DNA of 64,000 nucleotides from Malacoraja senta (GCA_038087875.1 CM075992.1:2482001-2546000); one strand, 5' to 3'. Counted from the first letter of the stretch, positions 11,881 to 24,494 are shown. Program-made: numbers and translations. The notes: a model not told the origin generated them from the sequence alone.

Positions 11881-12984
11881 TGAATCTAAGCTTGTACAAG
11901 TATAGTTTAAATGTGACCTAAATCAGCATTTGGATATCGAGAGGTTGTCTCATATTTTTCTTTTTCTCAAACAATTGCACCAAGGCAACCAATCTGCAAT
12001 TCAAGTTCAGTCTTGGTATTAAATAGTTCAAGAGATTACAAAGTACAATTAATCCAAACTATCTGGTGCAATGTCAGCACCATTGAGCTGAAGATGCCAT
12101 AGAAACACAAGCATCTGTGGATGCTGGTTAACAATAAGAGACACAAAGTGCAGGAGTAACTTTGCGTGTCAGGTAGCATCTCAGGAAGACATGGATCGAC
12201 GTCATTTTGGGTTGGGACCCTTCTTCAGACTCATTGTAGTAAGGGAGAGAAAGCTGCTAAATGGGTGGGGAAGGGTGGGGTGGAATAAACACCTGGCAAG
12301 TGATAGGTGAATACAGGTATTTGGCTCCAGGCATCAGTCAAGAGCCCAAAGTCAATTCCTGCAACCACCCCTCGTACTCTATTCAAAGAACCCTTATGAC
12401 TGAAATCAATGTTGATGAATCTAATCTGGGAAAGGTTGAACAATAAATCCCCATGAGAGAGAGAGAAGGTCTCAGTGGTTTTCTAATACTGCATTATTTT
12501 AATAAAACAGAAAATTATGGATTTACTCAGCAAGTCAGGCAGCATCTCTGGAACCAATATCAACATTTCAGATCGATCATCTTTTAGTAGCACTGGAGAA
12601 AATGAGGGGAAAAAAAGTGAGTTCTAAGTTGCAGAGCAGAGAAGACATGGAGAAAACAAAGGGAATGTCTATAATAGGGTGGAGATCAAGGTTGCCCAGG
12701 TGATACAGACACTGTTGATGCCATCAAAGAGAATTTCATGAATGTTTATTAATCATCGTTGATCTGTATGGAAAGAGAAAGATGAAAGAGAAAGAGAGTG
12801 GAAAGAAAGTAAAGGAATAATTGAACTTTGAAATGCAAACACAGCAGTTGCTGGGAATGTGAAATAAAAGAGAATGCTAGAAATACTCAGCAGGTACCAT
12901 CTGCAGAAAGAGAGAAACTGAGTTAATGTAACAAGCGGATGCACTAGTGAAAGAACTGGCTAGTGTTGAATGAAACAGGAAAAG

Positions 12985-13230
12985 CTGGTTATCTAAAATT
13001 GATGAATTTGTTATTAAGTCACAAGAGCTGCGTTATGCCTAGACAGAAGATGAGACACTGTTCCTTGAACTTAAGTTCAGCTTCACTGAACATGTAGAAG
13101 AGCAAGACAGAGAGGTCAATGTTGGCTTTGGATAGAGAATTAAAGTGACAGGCAACTGGAAGCATGGGGTAACCCTTGTAAACTGAATGGATGTGTTCTG
13201 CAAAGTGATCACTCAGTAGAGGCTTATAAC
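12985..13230 (-). mobile_element. Penelope-like element, degraded GIY-YIG endonuclease C-terminal remnant
   Basis: LSDHFAEHIHSV....LPVACHFNS...KFKEQCLIFCLG resembles the PLE R.AEH...PVA.HFN...EQ.LI..LG motifs. Confidence 0.7.
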
Positions 13231-13592
13231 CCTGTGGTATAAATATTAATTTCTCTAACTTCAAGTAACCCTTGCATTCCCTCTCTCCCCATCCCTCTCT
13301 CCCCATCCCTCTCTCCCCATCCCTCTCCCCTTGTTGAGTCTCATTGTCTGTGCTCATTCTCACCTAACACACAGCTAACAATGGCCTCTTTCCTTTATCA
13401 TCATTACTTTTTTCATGCATATCTTTCATTCATTTGTTCTATTTCTCTCTATATTACCATCTATATCTCTCGTTTCACTTTCCCCCATGACTTCTCAGTC
13501 TGAAGAAGGGTCTCGACCCAAAACGTCACCTATTCCTTTTCTCCAGAGATGCTGTCTGACCCACTGAGTTACTCCAGACTTTTGTGTCGATC
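13231..13592 (+). mobile_element. Penelope-like pseudo-LTR/terminal repeat with 14-bp pyrimidine tandem
   Basis: 'tctctaacttcaagtaacccttgc' ... (ctctctccccatcc)n ... 'cagtctgaagaagggtctcgaccc..aaacgtcacctattcc'; similar copies at ~20920-21305 and 24110-24385. Confidence 0.75.
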
Positions 13593-16359
13593 ATAGGCTT
13601 CACTTCTTCAACGTCAAAGAAACCGCATGGTGAGCAATGAACAAAGTACCCTAAAACTGGAAGAAACCCAAATGAATTGCTTGTTCAGCTGGAGGGACCT
13701 TTTGGGACCCTGGATCTTGAAAGAGATGAAGAGGCCCAGTCGATGCACCTACAGTTGCATGAGAAAGTGAAGAGAAATGGGATTAGTTGGATGAGATGGA
13801 AGAACAAACCTGACAGTCGTGGAGGGAAACATCCCTGTTCAATGCTGAGTGGAGAGAAGCAGTGCAGATTGATATTATAGTAGGCCCCCCTAGGTCATGA
13901 CTGACTATGGGTGATGCATCCTAGTTTGCAGGTGATGTGTGGTCAGATGCAAGCCTGGGCAATGTCATATGGAGGACAGGCTGTTGCCCATGCAGCACGT
14001 CCCCCCTCTCCATGTCGCTGATTGATCCAAAGGAACAGCAGGGCCGTTACAGTTTGGCACCAGCGCAGTCGCAGGAGACTCAAGGGGGCAGGAGCGTTTA
14101 CCTTCCCGTGCAGGTCTATAGCACCTGCCCACATATAACCGTCTGAGAAAATAATGTTGCGACTGTTTGCTGCTGAAATCAATCAGATATAATCTATAAA
14201 CATTACTGATTAGTTGAGATTATTGTTGTCTCGACCTGAAATGTCACCCATTCCTTCTCTCCAGAGATGCTGCCTGACTCGCTGATTTACTCCAGCATTT
14301 TGTGTCTATCTGCAGATTTCAACCATCCATTCATCACATATCAACATGCTAACCTCAGCTGAATTGGTTGAAAGGAAGAGCACATGACACTTTTCCCATC
14401 GGGAAGTTTAAATCGCTGGGAAAAAGAGGGAAGAAAAGGGCTCTAGATCCAATAATATGATTCCACTTTTTTTTTGCAATTTAGGGAGAATACCATTATA
14501 ACCAAAAAATCTTGAAACAATTTGGAGTAGAATTAAGCCATAATGGGCCACATGTCACTTAAATCTGTTCTGAATGGTTAAATGTGAGTTTTGGAATTTA
14601 CTCCGCTAAATTTGTTTGTCCAGATTAGTCTGTAAAACTTATCAGGATTTGAACTATTAAAATGTGTTTGCCACAATGTGTACAATAAATGTGTGTGTCA
14701 GGAGGTTTAAGACTATCTTTGATCGAACGTTACTGGCTTTACCTTGCACTAAACGTTATTCCCTGATCATGTATCTATGCACTGTAAATGTCTCGAATGT
14801 AATCATGTGTTGTCTTCCCGCTGACTGGATAGCACGCAACAAAAGCTTTTCACTGTACCTCAGAACAGGTGACAACAAACTAAACTAACTTTAGAGTTAA
14901 ATGAGTGCATCTTTATTTGTTCTTTAAGTTTTGTCAGGATTTGTAACTATTTCCTCTATTGGTGCAACTTGTACAGACACTGCGTGACAATAGTTTATTT
15001 CAGCAACAATTAAGAGTTCAATAATGTAGCAATAAGCATGTGTGAACATGTGTGTAGGTAGCTTTGCATGCTGTGTCATTGAAGTGATGGCTGAGTAAAT
15101 TCTAAGTCACTTGTGTACTTTGGCCAAAGACTTAGCATTGGCAAGCATTTAGATACTGTATAACTACTTAAACAAAAATAAAAACAGAAAAGATTTCAAA
15201 ACATTTGGCAGATCAAGCAATACGTGTCAATTTTATTAACTGTTTCCTTCTCTGAAAATTTTGCTGGACCTTATCTTTATCAACATTTTGATTTTACTTC
15301 CAATTACCTAGAACAACTGTTTTTGGATTTAAAGTTACAGAATCCAAATACTCTACAGCACAGAAACACTCTTCTGCCCACCTTGTCCATGCCAGCTAAA
15401 TTGGCATTCTGGGCTAAAGTGAGAGGGGGGAAATTTAAAGGGAAAGGGACAACATTGTCACAAGAGGCTGGTGGGGATGTAGAATGAGTTACCGGAGGAA
15501 GTTTTTAGAGGGAGGTACAATTATGACTTTTAAAGTACACTTGGATAGGTACATGGATTGGAAAGATTTGGGGGGATATGGCTAAACACAGACAAAGGGA
15601 ACTTTTGTCTCTGTAGATAGATATCATGGTTGATAAGGATGAGTTGGGCTGAAGGAACCTATTTCCGTCTCCTAACTCCATATGAAACAAGTTTCCATTA
15701 AAGGAAGTTAATTCTATCTCAAATGAACAGCTGGGTTTTTGCGTTTATTGTGAGTATATTAGATCCAAGTAGATCAACACAATTTGAAAAAAAAAAGTTA
15801 AAATGTAGAAGGCATTGGTTTGTTTAACGTAAAATAACAGCTTAAAATTAAACTCTCACCATAGATAATGATCAAAAACTCTTGATTCTCGAGACTTCTA
15901 AAGTGTTTTAAAGAAAATGTATGCTGACAAATGCATAAAAACATAAGTCGTGGTTCACTGTATTATGTTTAGAAATTGAATTGGTTTATTGTTTGGTGAC
16001 AATCTGAACATTTAAAAAAATAGACTGTTAATACTATTCGTAACTTTCTTAAAGCACCGAGAAACATCAGTAACTAGATTATGTGCGGTTAAGATTTTAA
16101 AAAGTACCTTGTACGCTTTTGCACGTTACCCTGGTGACCAAGTGCCACCACCATGTGATATTTACTACCTGTCTACATTTATCCGCCATTGGGGATCTTG
16201 GTACTTCGGGTGACTTTTGTCTAGTCCATGATCTGTTACTCAAAGAATTCCAAATTTGGAGTTTGTTCATTCCTTCTTGAACTGTTACATCTCTCCGTTT
16301 TCTCTGCCTCTCTCCCCTCCTAGTTCTAATCATTATTTTTAATAAGAGACTTTCTCTCT

Positions 16360-16627
16360 TGTGTAGGAAGGAACTGCAGATGCTGGTTTGCACCAAAGAT
16401 AGACACAAAAAGCTTGACTAACTCAGCGGGACAGGCAGCATCTCTGGAGAGAAGGAATGGGTGACGTTTAGGGTCGAGACCCTTCTTCAGGTTCTTTGCC
16501 TCCTTCCATATCTCTAGTCTCGCTCTCCACTGACTGTCCGAATAAGGGTCTCGACCCGAAACGTCACCCATTCCTTCTCTCCAGAGATGCTGCCTGTCCC
16601 GCTGAGTTACTCCAGCATTTTGTGTCT
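16360..16627. mobile_element. Penelope-like terminal repeat, inverted pair
   Basis: Arms ~16400-16480 and ~16545-16627 are reverse complements. Confidence 0.75.
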
Positions 16628-17446
16628 CACTCCAGGTGACTTGTCGTTTTTTGCTGACTGAGCTGCCGCCTGTGTTTACTGCCAATCGCGAGAGAAGGTT
16701 TGAACCCTCCCACTGGCCCGCCCCAACAAAATATGATCTGATTGTGATCGGCATACTTAACCTTCGCCAGCTGTGTGTAGTAACATCTCCACAGGGCATC
16801 CGAGAGTGACCTGCCACCCACCCAGCGTCCCGACTGCCGCAGCCCACTGCTAGTCCATCCCCAACAGTAAGTGTGCGCCGATTCATACTTCAGCCAGTGC
16901 CGTACTGTCTCTCATTTAACGTGTAGGAAGGAACCGCATATGCAGCTGGTTTACACCGAAGATTTACACCCATAAACGTCCCGATCCAAAACGTCGCCTA
17001 TCCAGAGTCAGAGACGGTGCCTGGCCCGCTGAGTTACTCCAGCTTTTTTTCACCAGAATTCACCGTCTGATTTTCTCTTTTATAATAGTGAGCCCAGAAG
17101 ACCCCCTATATTTCATTCCGACCACAACATATAGACACAAAAAGCTGGAGTAACTCAGCGGGACAGGCAGCATCTCTGGAGAGAAGGAATGGGTGACGTT
17201 TCGGGTCGAGACCCTTCTTCAGACTGAGTGCAGTCACTTCTCAACCCTTTCACCCACTTTCCCTCCTAAGATGTTTTACGTCAAAATATTTACTGGCAAG
17301 TGGCAACACATGCATTTAAAATGAAAACGCCTTCAAAGATGCTGCCTCACCCGCTGAGTTTCTCCAGCATTTTTGTCTACCTTCAAAGAGTGAAAACGTG
17401 TATTTAAGGGACTAAATGAGGATTTTTGTTTTCCTTTCTCCATTAG

Positions 17447-17771
17447 AATTGCGCCTTCTATGATCTCTGGTGAATTTGGAACCGGAGACCACTGCTGAAT
17501 TTTGTGGGCTCCCTGAAAGTGGACTACAATATTGGTGCAGAGTGCATGGGCTGCGAATCCTTCTCCTTGTTTAGATCCTAACCGGAGCTTCTGTCACGCC
17601 AGTCTCTCTCCCAAAACTTCATTGATTGCAAAACTGTGATATCGACCTGCTAGGCGGCAGCCACTGAATTGCCAGCGTCGACTTCATGCATTAATTTCTC
17701 GCCGATACCGAGCTGGGGAGCGATTTTTAAAAAAGGCTAGAGGGGAACAGCGGTCACAAAGACCGGGGAGG
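17447..17771 (+). other. Probable 5'UTR part of the S1PR5 coding exon
   Basis: Strong acceptor ttttgttttcctttctccattag ending at 17446; S1P receptor genes typically have non-coding upstream exon(s). Candidate upstream donor gtaagt at 16867. Confidence 0.5.
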
Positions 17772-18896
17772 ATGATCTTGGGGTTGGGTGAAAGATTGAG
17801 ACTGAACTTCGGGGACTATTCAAACAATGAGACTGTGAGCCTGCATTATAATGCCACCGGGAAGCTGACCCCCGGCAGGTACAAAGCAGGTCTGAGGGTC
17901 CACGCGGTGATATTTTTGATAGTCTGTGTGTTTATAATCTTGGAGAACCTGCTGGTCTTCATCGCCATCCGGAAGAACAGCAAGTTCCACACGCCCATGT
18001 TTTACTTGCTCGCCAACCTGACTATGTCCGACCTGCTGGCGGGGGTGGCCTACTTGGTCAACATCCTGCTGTCCGGTGCCAACACGGTGAAGCTGACGCC
18101 GCTGCTGTGGTTCCTGAGGGAGGGCGGCGTTTTCATCACCCTCACCGCCTCGGTCTTCAGCCTGCTGGCCATCGCGGTGGAGAGGCATGTCACGATGGTG
18201 AGGATGCAACTGCACAACGCGGACAAGAAGTGGCGCACTCGGCTCTTCGTGGGCGCCGACTGGGTCTTCTCGCTCTTCCTCGGGAGCCTCCCAATCTTGG
18301 GTTGGAACTGCATTGGGAACCTGCGCGTTTGCTCCACCATGCTGCCGCTCTACTCGAAGAAATACATCCTGGTGTGCATCCTGATCTTTATCTTTGTCCT
18401 ATGTGCCATCGTGATACTGTACGTTCGCATCTACCTTAAGGTCAAGACTAACAGCCTCCCCATAGGCACTTCCAGAACGACCATGACCAAGAAGTGCCAG
18501 AAATCTCAGGCGTTGCTGAAGACTCTCACCATCGTGGTCGGTACTTTTATCGGCTGCTGGCTACCGCTCTTTATCGTGCTGCTACTGGACGTCGCCTTAA
18601 CGACGAGGAGCTCTTTGATTAGTAACTTGTCCGATTATTGCCTAGGACTGGCCATGTCCAATTCCGCCTTGAATCCCATCATTTACACCCTGACCAACAG
18701 GGACATGCGCCAGACCATTGTGCGCCTGCTATGCCTGACCAAAGTAGGGGAGCAACCTCGCTGTTGCGGGGTGATCATCTCCGAGTGTAGCAGCACACAG
18801 CAGGACAGGTCCTCCATGCACAGAAACGAGCTACTCCACACCACCCTCAGCTCCGGTAACGGACCGCAGTCTCCCACCAGGATCTCGCTGGTCTGA
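17772..18896 (+). CDS. S1PR5: Sphingosine-1-phosphate receptor (EDG family class A GPCR), S1PR5-like, 374 aa
   Basis: 7 TM segments; LHYN.TGKL, LENL, FH.PMF, SDLLAG.AY, WFLREGGVF (R3.28/E3.29 S1P-type), ERH, LGWNC......CST.LPLY, CWLP, LGLAM.NS.LNPIIYTLTNRD. EGGVF and LGLAM..NPIIYTLTNRD match S1PR5 better than S1PR1-4 (recalled alignment). Confidence 0.88.
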   Translation: MILGLGERLRLNFGDYSNNETVSLHYNATGKLTPGRYKAGLRVHAVIFLIVCVFIILENLLVFIAIRKNSKFHTPMFYLLANLTMSDLLAGVAYLVNILLSGANTVKLTPLLWFLREGGVFITLTASVFSLLAIAVERHVTMVRMQLHNADKKWRTRLFVGADWVFSLFLGSLPILGWNCIGNLRVCSTMLPLYSKKYILVCILIFIFVLCAIVILYVRIYLKVKTNSLPIGTSRTTMTKKCQKSQALLKTLTIVVGTFIGCWLPLFIVLLLDVALTTRSSLISNLSDYCLGLAMSNSALNPIIYTLTNRDMRQTIVRLLCLTKVGEQPRCCGVIISECSSTQQDRSSMHRNELLHTTLSSGNGPQSPTRISLV

Positions 18897-18920
18897 CACC
18901 AACACTCTCTAGTCTACATC

Positions 18921-19152
18921 TTAGATAGACACAAAATGCTGGAGTAACTCAGCGGGACAGGCAGCATCTCTGGAGAGAAGGGATGGGTGACGTTTCGGGT
19001 CGAGATGGGGTTAGGAGGGAGAGATAGATCGATCAGCCATGATTGAATAGCGGAGTAGACTTGATGGGCCGAATGGCCCAATTCTGCTCCCATCACTTAT
19101 GACCTTATGAGATCCTTCTTCGGAAAACCAGCATCTGCAGTTCCTTCCTACA
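18921..19152. mobile_element. Penelope terminal repeat interrupted by a CR1 3'UTR fragment, just after the S1PR5 stop
   Basis: PLE arm 18921-19003, CR1 3'UTR ~19004-19109, PLE sequence resumes 'gagatccttcttc..aaccagcatctgcagttccttcctacac'. Confidence 0.7.
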
Positions 19153-21324
19153 CGTTTAGTCTGCGCACGGTCTTCTCAAACGTCCGGGACAGGACTCCGC
19201 GAATGCAAAACTGCACTGATTACAATTAAGTGAATGGACGGTGGCGGTGGGTGTTACGTGCCTGGAGGAACATTTCTCGTGGAATTTATATGGAAAGTGA
19301 TGAGAAATTACTAAACGCGCGCGTGTATTTAAAAACAAATCTCTCAAAATCAAAACAGTTCGAAGATGTAATTAATCGAACAGTCGAGTACTGCATGGAC
19401 CGATACTAGGTCTTAATCTTTTCAATCCATATACATGACTTGTGATTGCAGAGAGAAAAACGGTTGCTAATTTTGCTGATGCCACAAAGATCGACAGGAA
19501 AGTAATCTGTGATGAGGACATGAGGAAACTCCCAAAGGATATGAAGGTTAAATAAGTGGGCAAAGATTAGTTTAGTTTATTAATGTTGTCACATGTACCG
19601 AGGTACAGTGAAAAGCTTTTTGTTGCGTGCTAACCAGTCAGCAGAAAGACAATACATGATTACAATCGAGCCTTTTACAGTGTATAAATACATGTTTGGC
19701 AAATGGGGTATAAAGTGGGATATACGAAACTGTCCATTTGGTTGGAAAAAATGTTTACAATCTGAGTGCCTAAGATACAGAAAGATCGTGATGTCCATCA
19801 GTTGTGATTTCCAAAAGGCTAGTGTACCAGATAGCACGCAAGTCATTAGGAAAACAAACAAGATTTATGGTTTATTGCAATGGGGATTTATACAAAAGAA
19901 CATAAAGTGTAGGATATCAGGTCATTGGGGAGACATTAACTGTAGAGTATAGCTCTATCTTTACAGAAGGAAGTTCATTTTTTGGAGGCAATTTGGAGAA
20001 AGTTTACTTGACTAATAACCTGAAATAGACAGTCCTTCCTATGAGGGACAGTTAAAAGACTGGCTGAACTCATAATGTTTAAGAGAGTGAGAATGGACTC
20101 CATTGAAACATGAGATCTTGAAGGGTATGTAGGATGTGGTGAGGATGTTTGCTGCTGTTGGAGAATTGGGTGTAACCAGTTAAAAAGAAAGGGTCACCCA
20201 CTTAAGACACAAATATGTTAATATTGTCATTTCTTTTCCTCAGAGTATTTTGAATCTTTGGAATTGTTCCTCAGAGGTCACTAGAAGAAAATGTTTGAAT
20301 ATTTATATTGAAATATAGACTGAGTTTAGTTTATTGTCACGTGCACTGAGATTCAGTGAAAAACTTGTGCGTGCTAACCAGTTAATGGAAAAAAATACAT
20401 GATTACAATCAAGCCATTTACAGTGTACAGATACATGATAAAGGGAATAACATGATAGTTTATTGATAAGGAGGGAGGTGAAATATTACCATGAGTAGAT
20501 AAGACTGTGGAGTTAATGCCACAATTTGGTGTTACTAAATGGTGGAACAAGCTTGCGGGCCAAATGGCCTGTCCCTGCTCCTAATTCATATTCCAATTTT
20601 CAATCAAATTATTTTGAAGGTGACGTCAACACAAAGACTGGCTGTGTACCTCTACCAACCCAAGCTGCAAATTAGATAAAATAGCAACATAACATTCCAA
20701 CTTATGCTGTTTTACATCAAACAGGAAGCTTTGCAATTCTGTCCTGATTTTGTAACATGTAAAGTTGCTCAATTAGTATCATAAATGTTGTACACTTTTA
20801 CTGCATAGCTCTTCGTTTTCCTGTGCTCCAACATACCACGGTTTGGTTCAGTCTGGTTGGACTATGGCAGTTATGCTCATAGTGCTTTGACACCCTAGAG
20901 GACAAGTTTGTCCAGACAGCATCAGCACATCATATTTCGCTTGGGCAGCTTACAACCCAGTGATATCAATATTGCTTACTCTAACTTCAAGTAACCCTTG
21001 CATCCCCACTCTCTCCATCCCTCCCCTACCCTGGGCATTGTACTAATTTCATCATCGTCCTGTTGAGTTTCATTGTCTGTATAACTTGTTAACAGCTAGC
21101 CCACAGCCAACAATGGACTGTTTCCTTCATCATTGTTCCTTTTTTTGCATATCTTTCATTCATGTGTTCTATATCTCTCTACATCACCGGTTTTATCTCT
21201 CGTTTCTCTTTCCTCCGATTCTCAATCTGAAGAAGGGTCTCAACCTGAAACGTCACCTATTCCTTTTCCCCAGAGATGCTGTCTGTCCCGCTGAGTTACC
21301 CCCAGTTTTACTTGCACTGATGAG

Positions 21325-21841
21325 TAAATTAACCAAACCTTGGCTCACCCATGAAAATCCAAGCACATATTTTAAGCTCCACTCTATAGAGTAGACCATA
21401 ACTGCAAATTGTCTTCCAAATATTTCACATATTAAAGAATTGAATTTATAAAAGTACCATTTTGTATTTCAGGAAAAGATGATGCCCTTTGAATTTTTTG
21501 CTAACTATTAGAGGTGGGAAAATGAAACAAAAGCCTGATATATTCATTATTAAACTATTTGAAAAAGACTTCCTACCTTATAATAATACTGATGTTTTTT
21601 TTCTTCGTGGCTCATAATTCCCATTATTCAATCCATTTACACCCTTGGAGTTCCAATCTTTGCTAATTTGGATGAGACACCTTTTAGTATTTCTACCAGA
21701 CTTAACTTTTCCATACGAGTATGGGCAATGACTTGCAACTGAGAATGACTAAATTAACCAAACCTTGGCTCACCCATGAAAATCCAAGCACATATTTTAA
21801 GCTCCACTCTATAGAGTAGACCATAACTGCAAATTGTCTTC
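21325..21841 (+). repeat. Identical 92-bp direct repeat (21325-21416 and 21750-21841)
   Basis: taaattaaccaaaccttggctcaccc...actgcaaattgtcttc is present twice with no mismatch seen. Confidence 0.92.
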
Positions 21842-22599
21842 TTTGCAGTTATGACTAACTTTAATCATGATCCACATTTGCAATTTGCAGCAGGGTTGCA
21901 TGGAGAGCAACCAAGCTGTTCCTGCTTCCCTCTGGCAAATGTTAGTCTTTATCCTCCATCCCCGCCACTGCTCCACCTACCACTTCATCTGAGCTCACTA
22001 GCAATTGATTGAGTTTCTCCTTTGAGAGGGAAGCACGTACAGTTAACACTGACCGTGGTCTAGGACTGAACAATTCATTTTCCTGCACAATAGAAAGACA
22101 ATATTCTCAGTGATACAATGTTGTTCAGTCAATGACCACGGCAAATCTGTAAGTGAGAATATAGTATTATATAACATTGAGAATTGAGGTTATGTCGGTT
22201 GTCTGTACTGGCAGCACTTTAACTTCCAAATCATTCCTGGTGGCAATGTATGAGGTTAGAGAGGGACGAGTGGGATTGATCCTACCTGTTACTGTTTATA
22301 TGGAGAAGATGCTGCCACTATTGCACTGCAGCTTCTCAATGTGGCATGGAATTGGTAGCAGCTTTGAAATGCAATGCTGTAAATTCTGCTTCGGCTCAGG
22401 CTATGACTGCCTAGGAATGAATTAAATTTCAGATTATCCTAGACTATGAATGACCTAAATATGTTGAAGTAAATGTATAATTCTAACCATTATTTCAACT
22501 GTGATAATTGTGGATGTGAAGAACTTAATTATGTTCCAATTTTTAATAAAATGTTATCAATCAGCAGTTACATGTTTATCTTAACAGTTTATCTGTATG

Positions 22600-23160
22600 T
22601 TATGATGGATGTGGAGAGAATGTTTCCACTAGTGGGAGAGTCTAGGACCAGAGTACGTTCCTTTACGAAGGAGATGAGGAGGAATTTATTTAGTCAGAGG
22701 GTGGTGAATCTGTGGAATTCATTGCCACAGAAGACTGTGGAGGCCAAGTAAATTGATATTTTAAAGGCAGCGATAGATAGATTCTTGATTAGTACGGGTG
22801 TCTGGGGGGGGGGGGGAGGCAGGAGAATAGGGTTAAGAGGGAGAGATAGATCAGCCATTATTGAATGGGGGATTAGACTTGATGGGCCGAATGCTCAATT
22901 CTGCTCAATAGACAATAGGTGCAGGAGTAGGCCATTTGGCCCTTCGAGCCAGCACCTCCATTCAATGTGATCAATGCTGATCATCCCCAATCAGTACCCC
23001 GTTCCTGCCTTCTCCCCATATCCCCTGACTCTGCTATTTTTAAGCCCTATCTAGCTCTCTTGAAAGCATCCAGAGAACCGGCCTCCACCGCCCTCTGAGG
23101 CAGAGAATTCCACAGACTCACCACTCTCTTTGAGAAAAGCTCCTATCACTTATGAACTTA
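22600..23160. mobile_element. CR1 3' fragment (+) interrupted by a second CR1 3' fragment (-, ~22905-23137)
   Basis: DVERMFPLVGESRTR...FSQRVVNLWNSLP on +; the opposite-strand CR1 3'UTR splits 'ctgctc|..|ctcctatcacttatgaa'. Confidence 0.75.
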
Positions 23161-24494
23161 ACACTTTGCAATAAAGAGCAAAAATGGTTGTAAAACTTAC
23201 ATATGTAGCTTAGTTAGAATATCATCCAAGACTCTAGTTGCAAGTTGAAATTAGCAGTTTTCTACAGAGTGGGGCTGGAGAGGCAGCAGGTGGATCAATA
23301 ATTACGCAATTTAGTAAACTAAAATGTCCAATGCACCTGCTAGGCAATTCATGCAAATTGTGAAATGGATTAGAAAGTTCATGCACTGTCATGAACTGAG
23401 ATATACAGAAGAAAGATCTCAAGAGTAAGCTTCTCAGTCAATGCTAATTTTAGGCAGGAAATAGCTACATTCTATAATTAATTTTAACGGCCCACGTCAA
23501 CAAAAGAAGAATTCTAGATTTCTGCTCCAGTTACATATCGAGTGATCAAGGCAGGTGGTGACAAGAGCAAGGTTGGTTGTGGTGATTTTGTGAAATTAAA
23601 GGCTTTTCTATTGTGTCTTTCACATAACCTTAAGAATGTGTCAAAGCACTCTGTGGCCACTAAAACAGTCCTGCAAAGTAGCAATTGTGATTATACATTT
23701 GCAAGATTCCAAAAAGGACAATGTGATAATGACTAGATAATCTGCATTGGTTGTGTGGAGATAAAAAGAGAAAGAGAGCGAACCCAAGACAAATAATCAC
23801 ATGAAAGAATTGTTGGCAGACTCCTGCCATCTCTAGAATTTTGTTAGGCATTAGTAATGCACAATTTCAACATAGAGCCCAGAAGATAAATAAACACTGT
23901 TCACCTTTTACCACTAACATGCAGAATCATTAGGCAAGAACCATTTTATGCCAGCAACTATATCTCAAATGCAGCTCTATATTTTGAAATGCTTGTGCAA
24001 TCGCAAGAGCAACGATGGCAAACTGCAACTCTGTCTACAACTTAAAGTTTTCAAATTAAAATACAAGGTAGACACAAATGCTGGAGAAACTCAGCGAGTG
24101 AGGGTGAACGGTATGAACATTGACTTCACTAATTTCAGGTAGTCTTACTTTCTCTTCCCCTTCTCAGCTCTCCCTCAGTCCTCTGGCTCCACCTCTTCCT
24201 TTCTTCCTTTCTTCCCTCCCCTCTCCCCCCCCCCCCCCCCCACCCTCACATCAGTCTGAAGAAGGGTTTCGACCCGATACGTTACCTATTTCCTTCGCTC
24301 CATAGATGCTGCCTCACCCGCTGAGTTTCTCCAGCATTTTGTCTACCTTCGATTTTCCAGCATCTGCAATTCCTTCTTAAACAAAATAAAATACATTTGG
24401 GTTCTGCAAACATTCCCTGTCTTACAGCACTAAGGAAGCACTGAACCAAACAAATGGCATTTGTTTTCCTTCAAGTTAATTTGAAGGCCACTTT

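Noticed and set aside
13884..14142. Distinct GC-richer block, possibly an RTE-type 5' region or a gene exon
   Set aside because: No convincing splice sites or protein motif; probably a repeat fragment, but I cannot assign a family from sequence alone.
17820..18877. Overlapping alternative-frame and antisense ORFs
   Set aside because: By-products of GC3-rich S1PR5 codon usage; no recognisable motifs.
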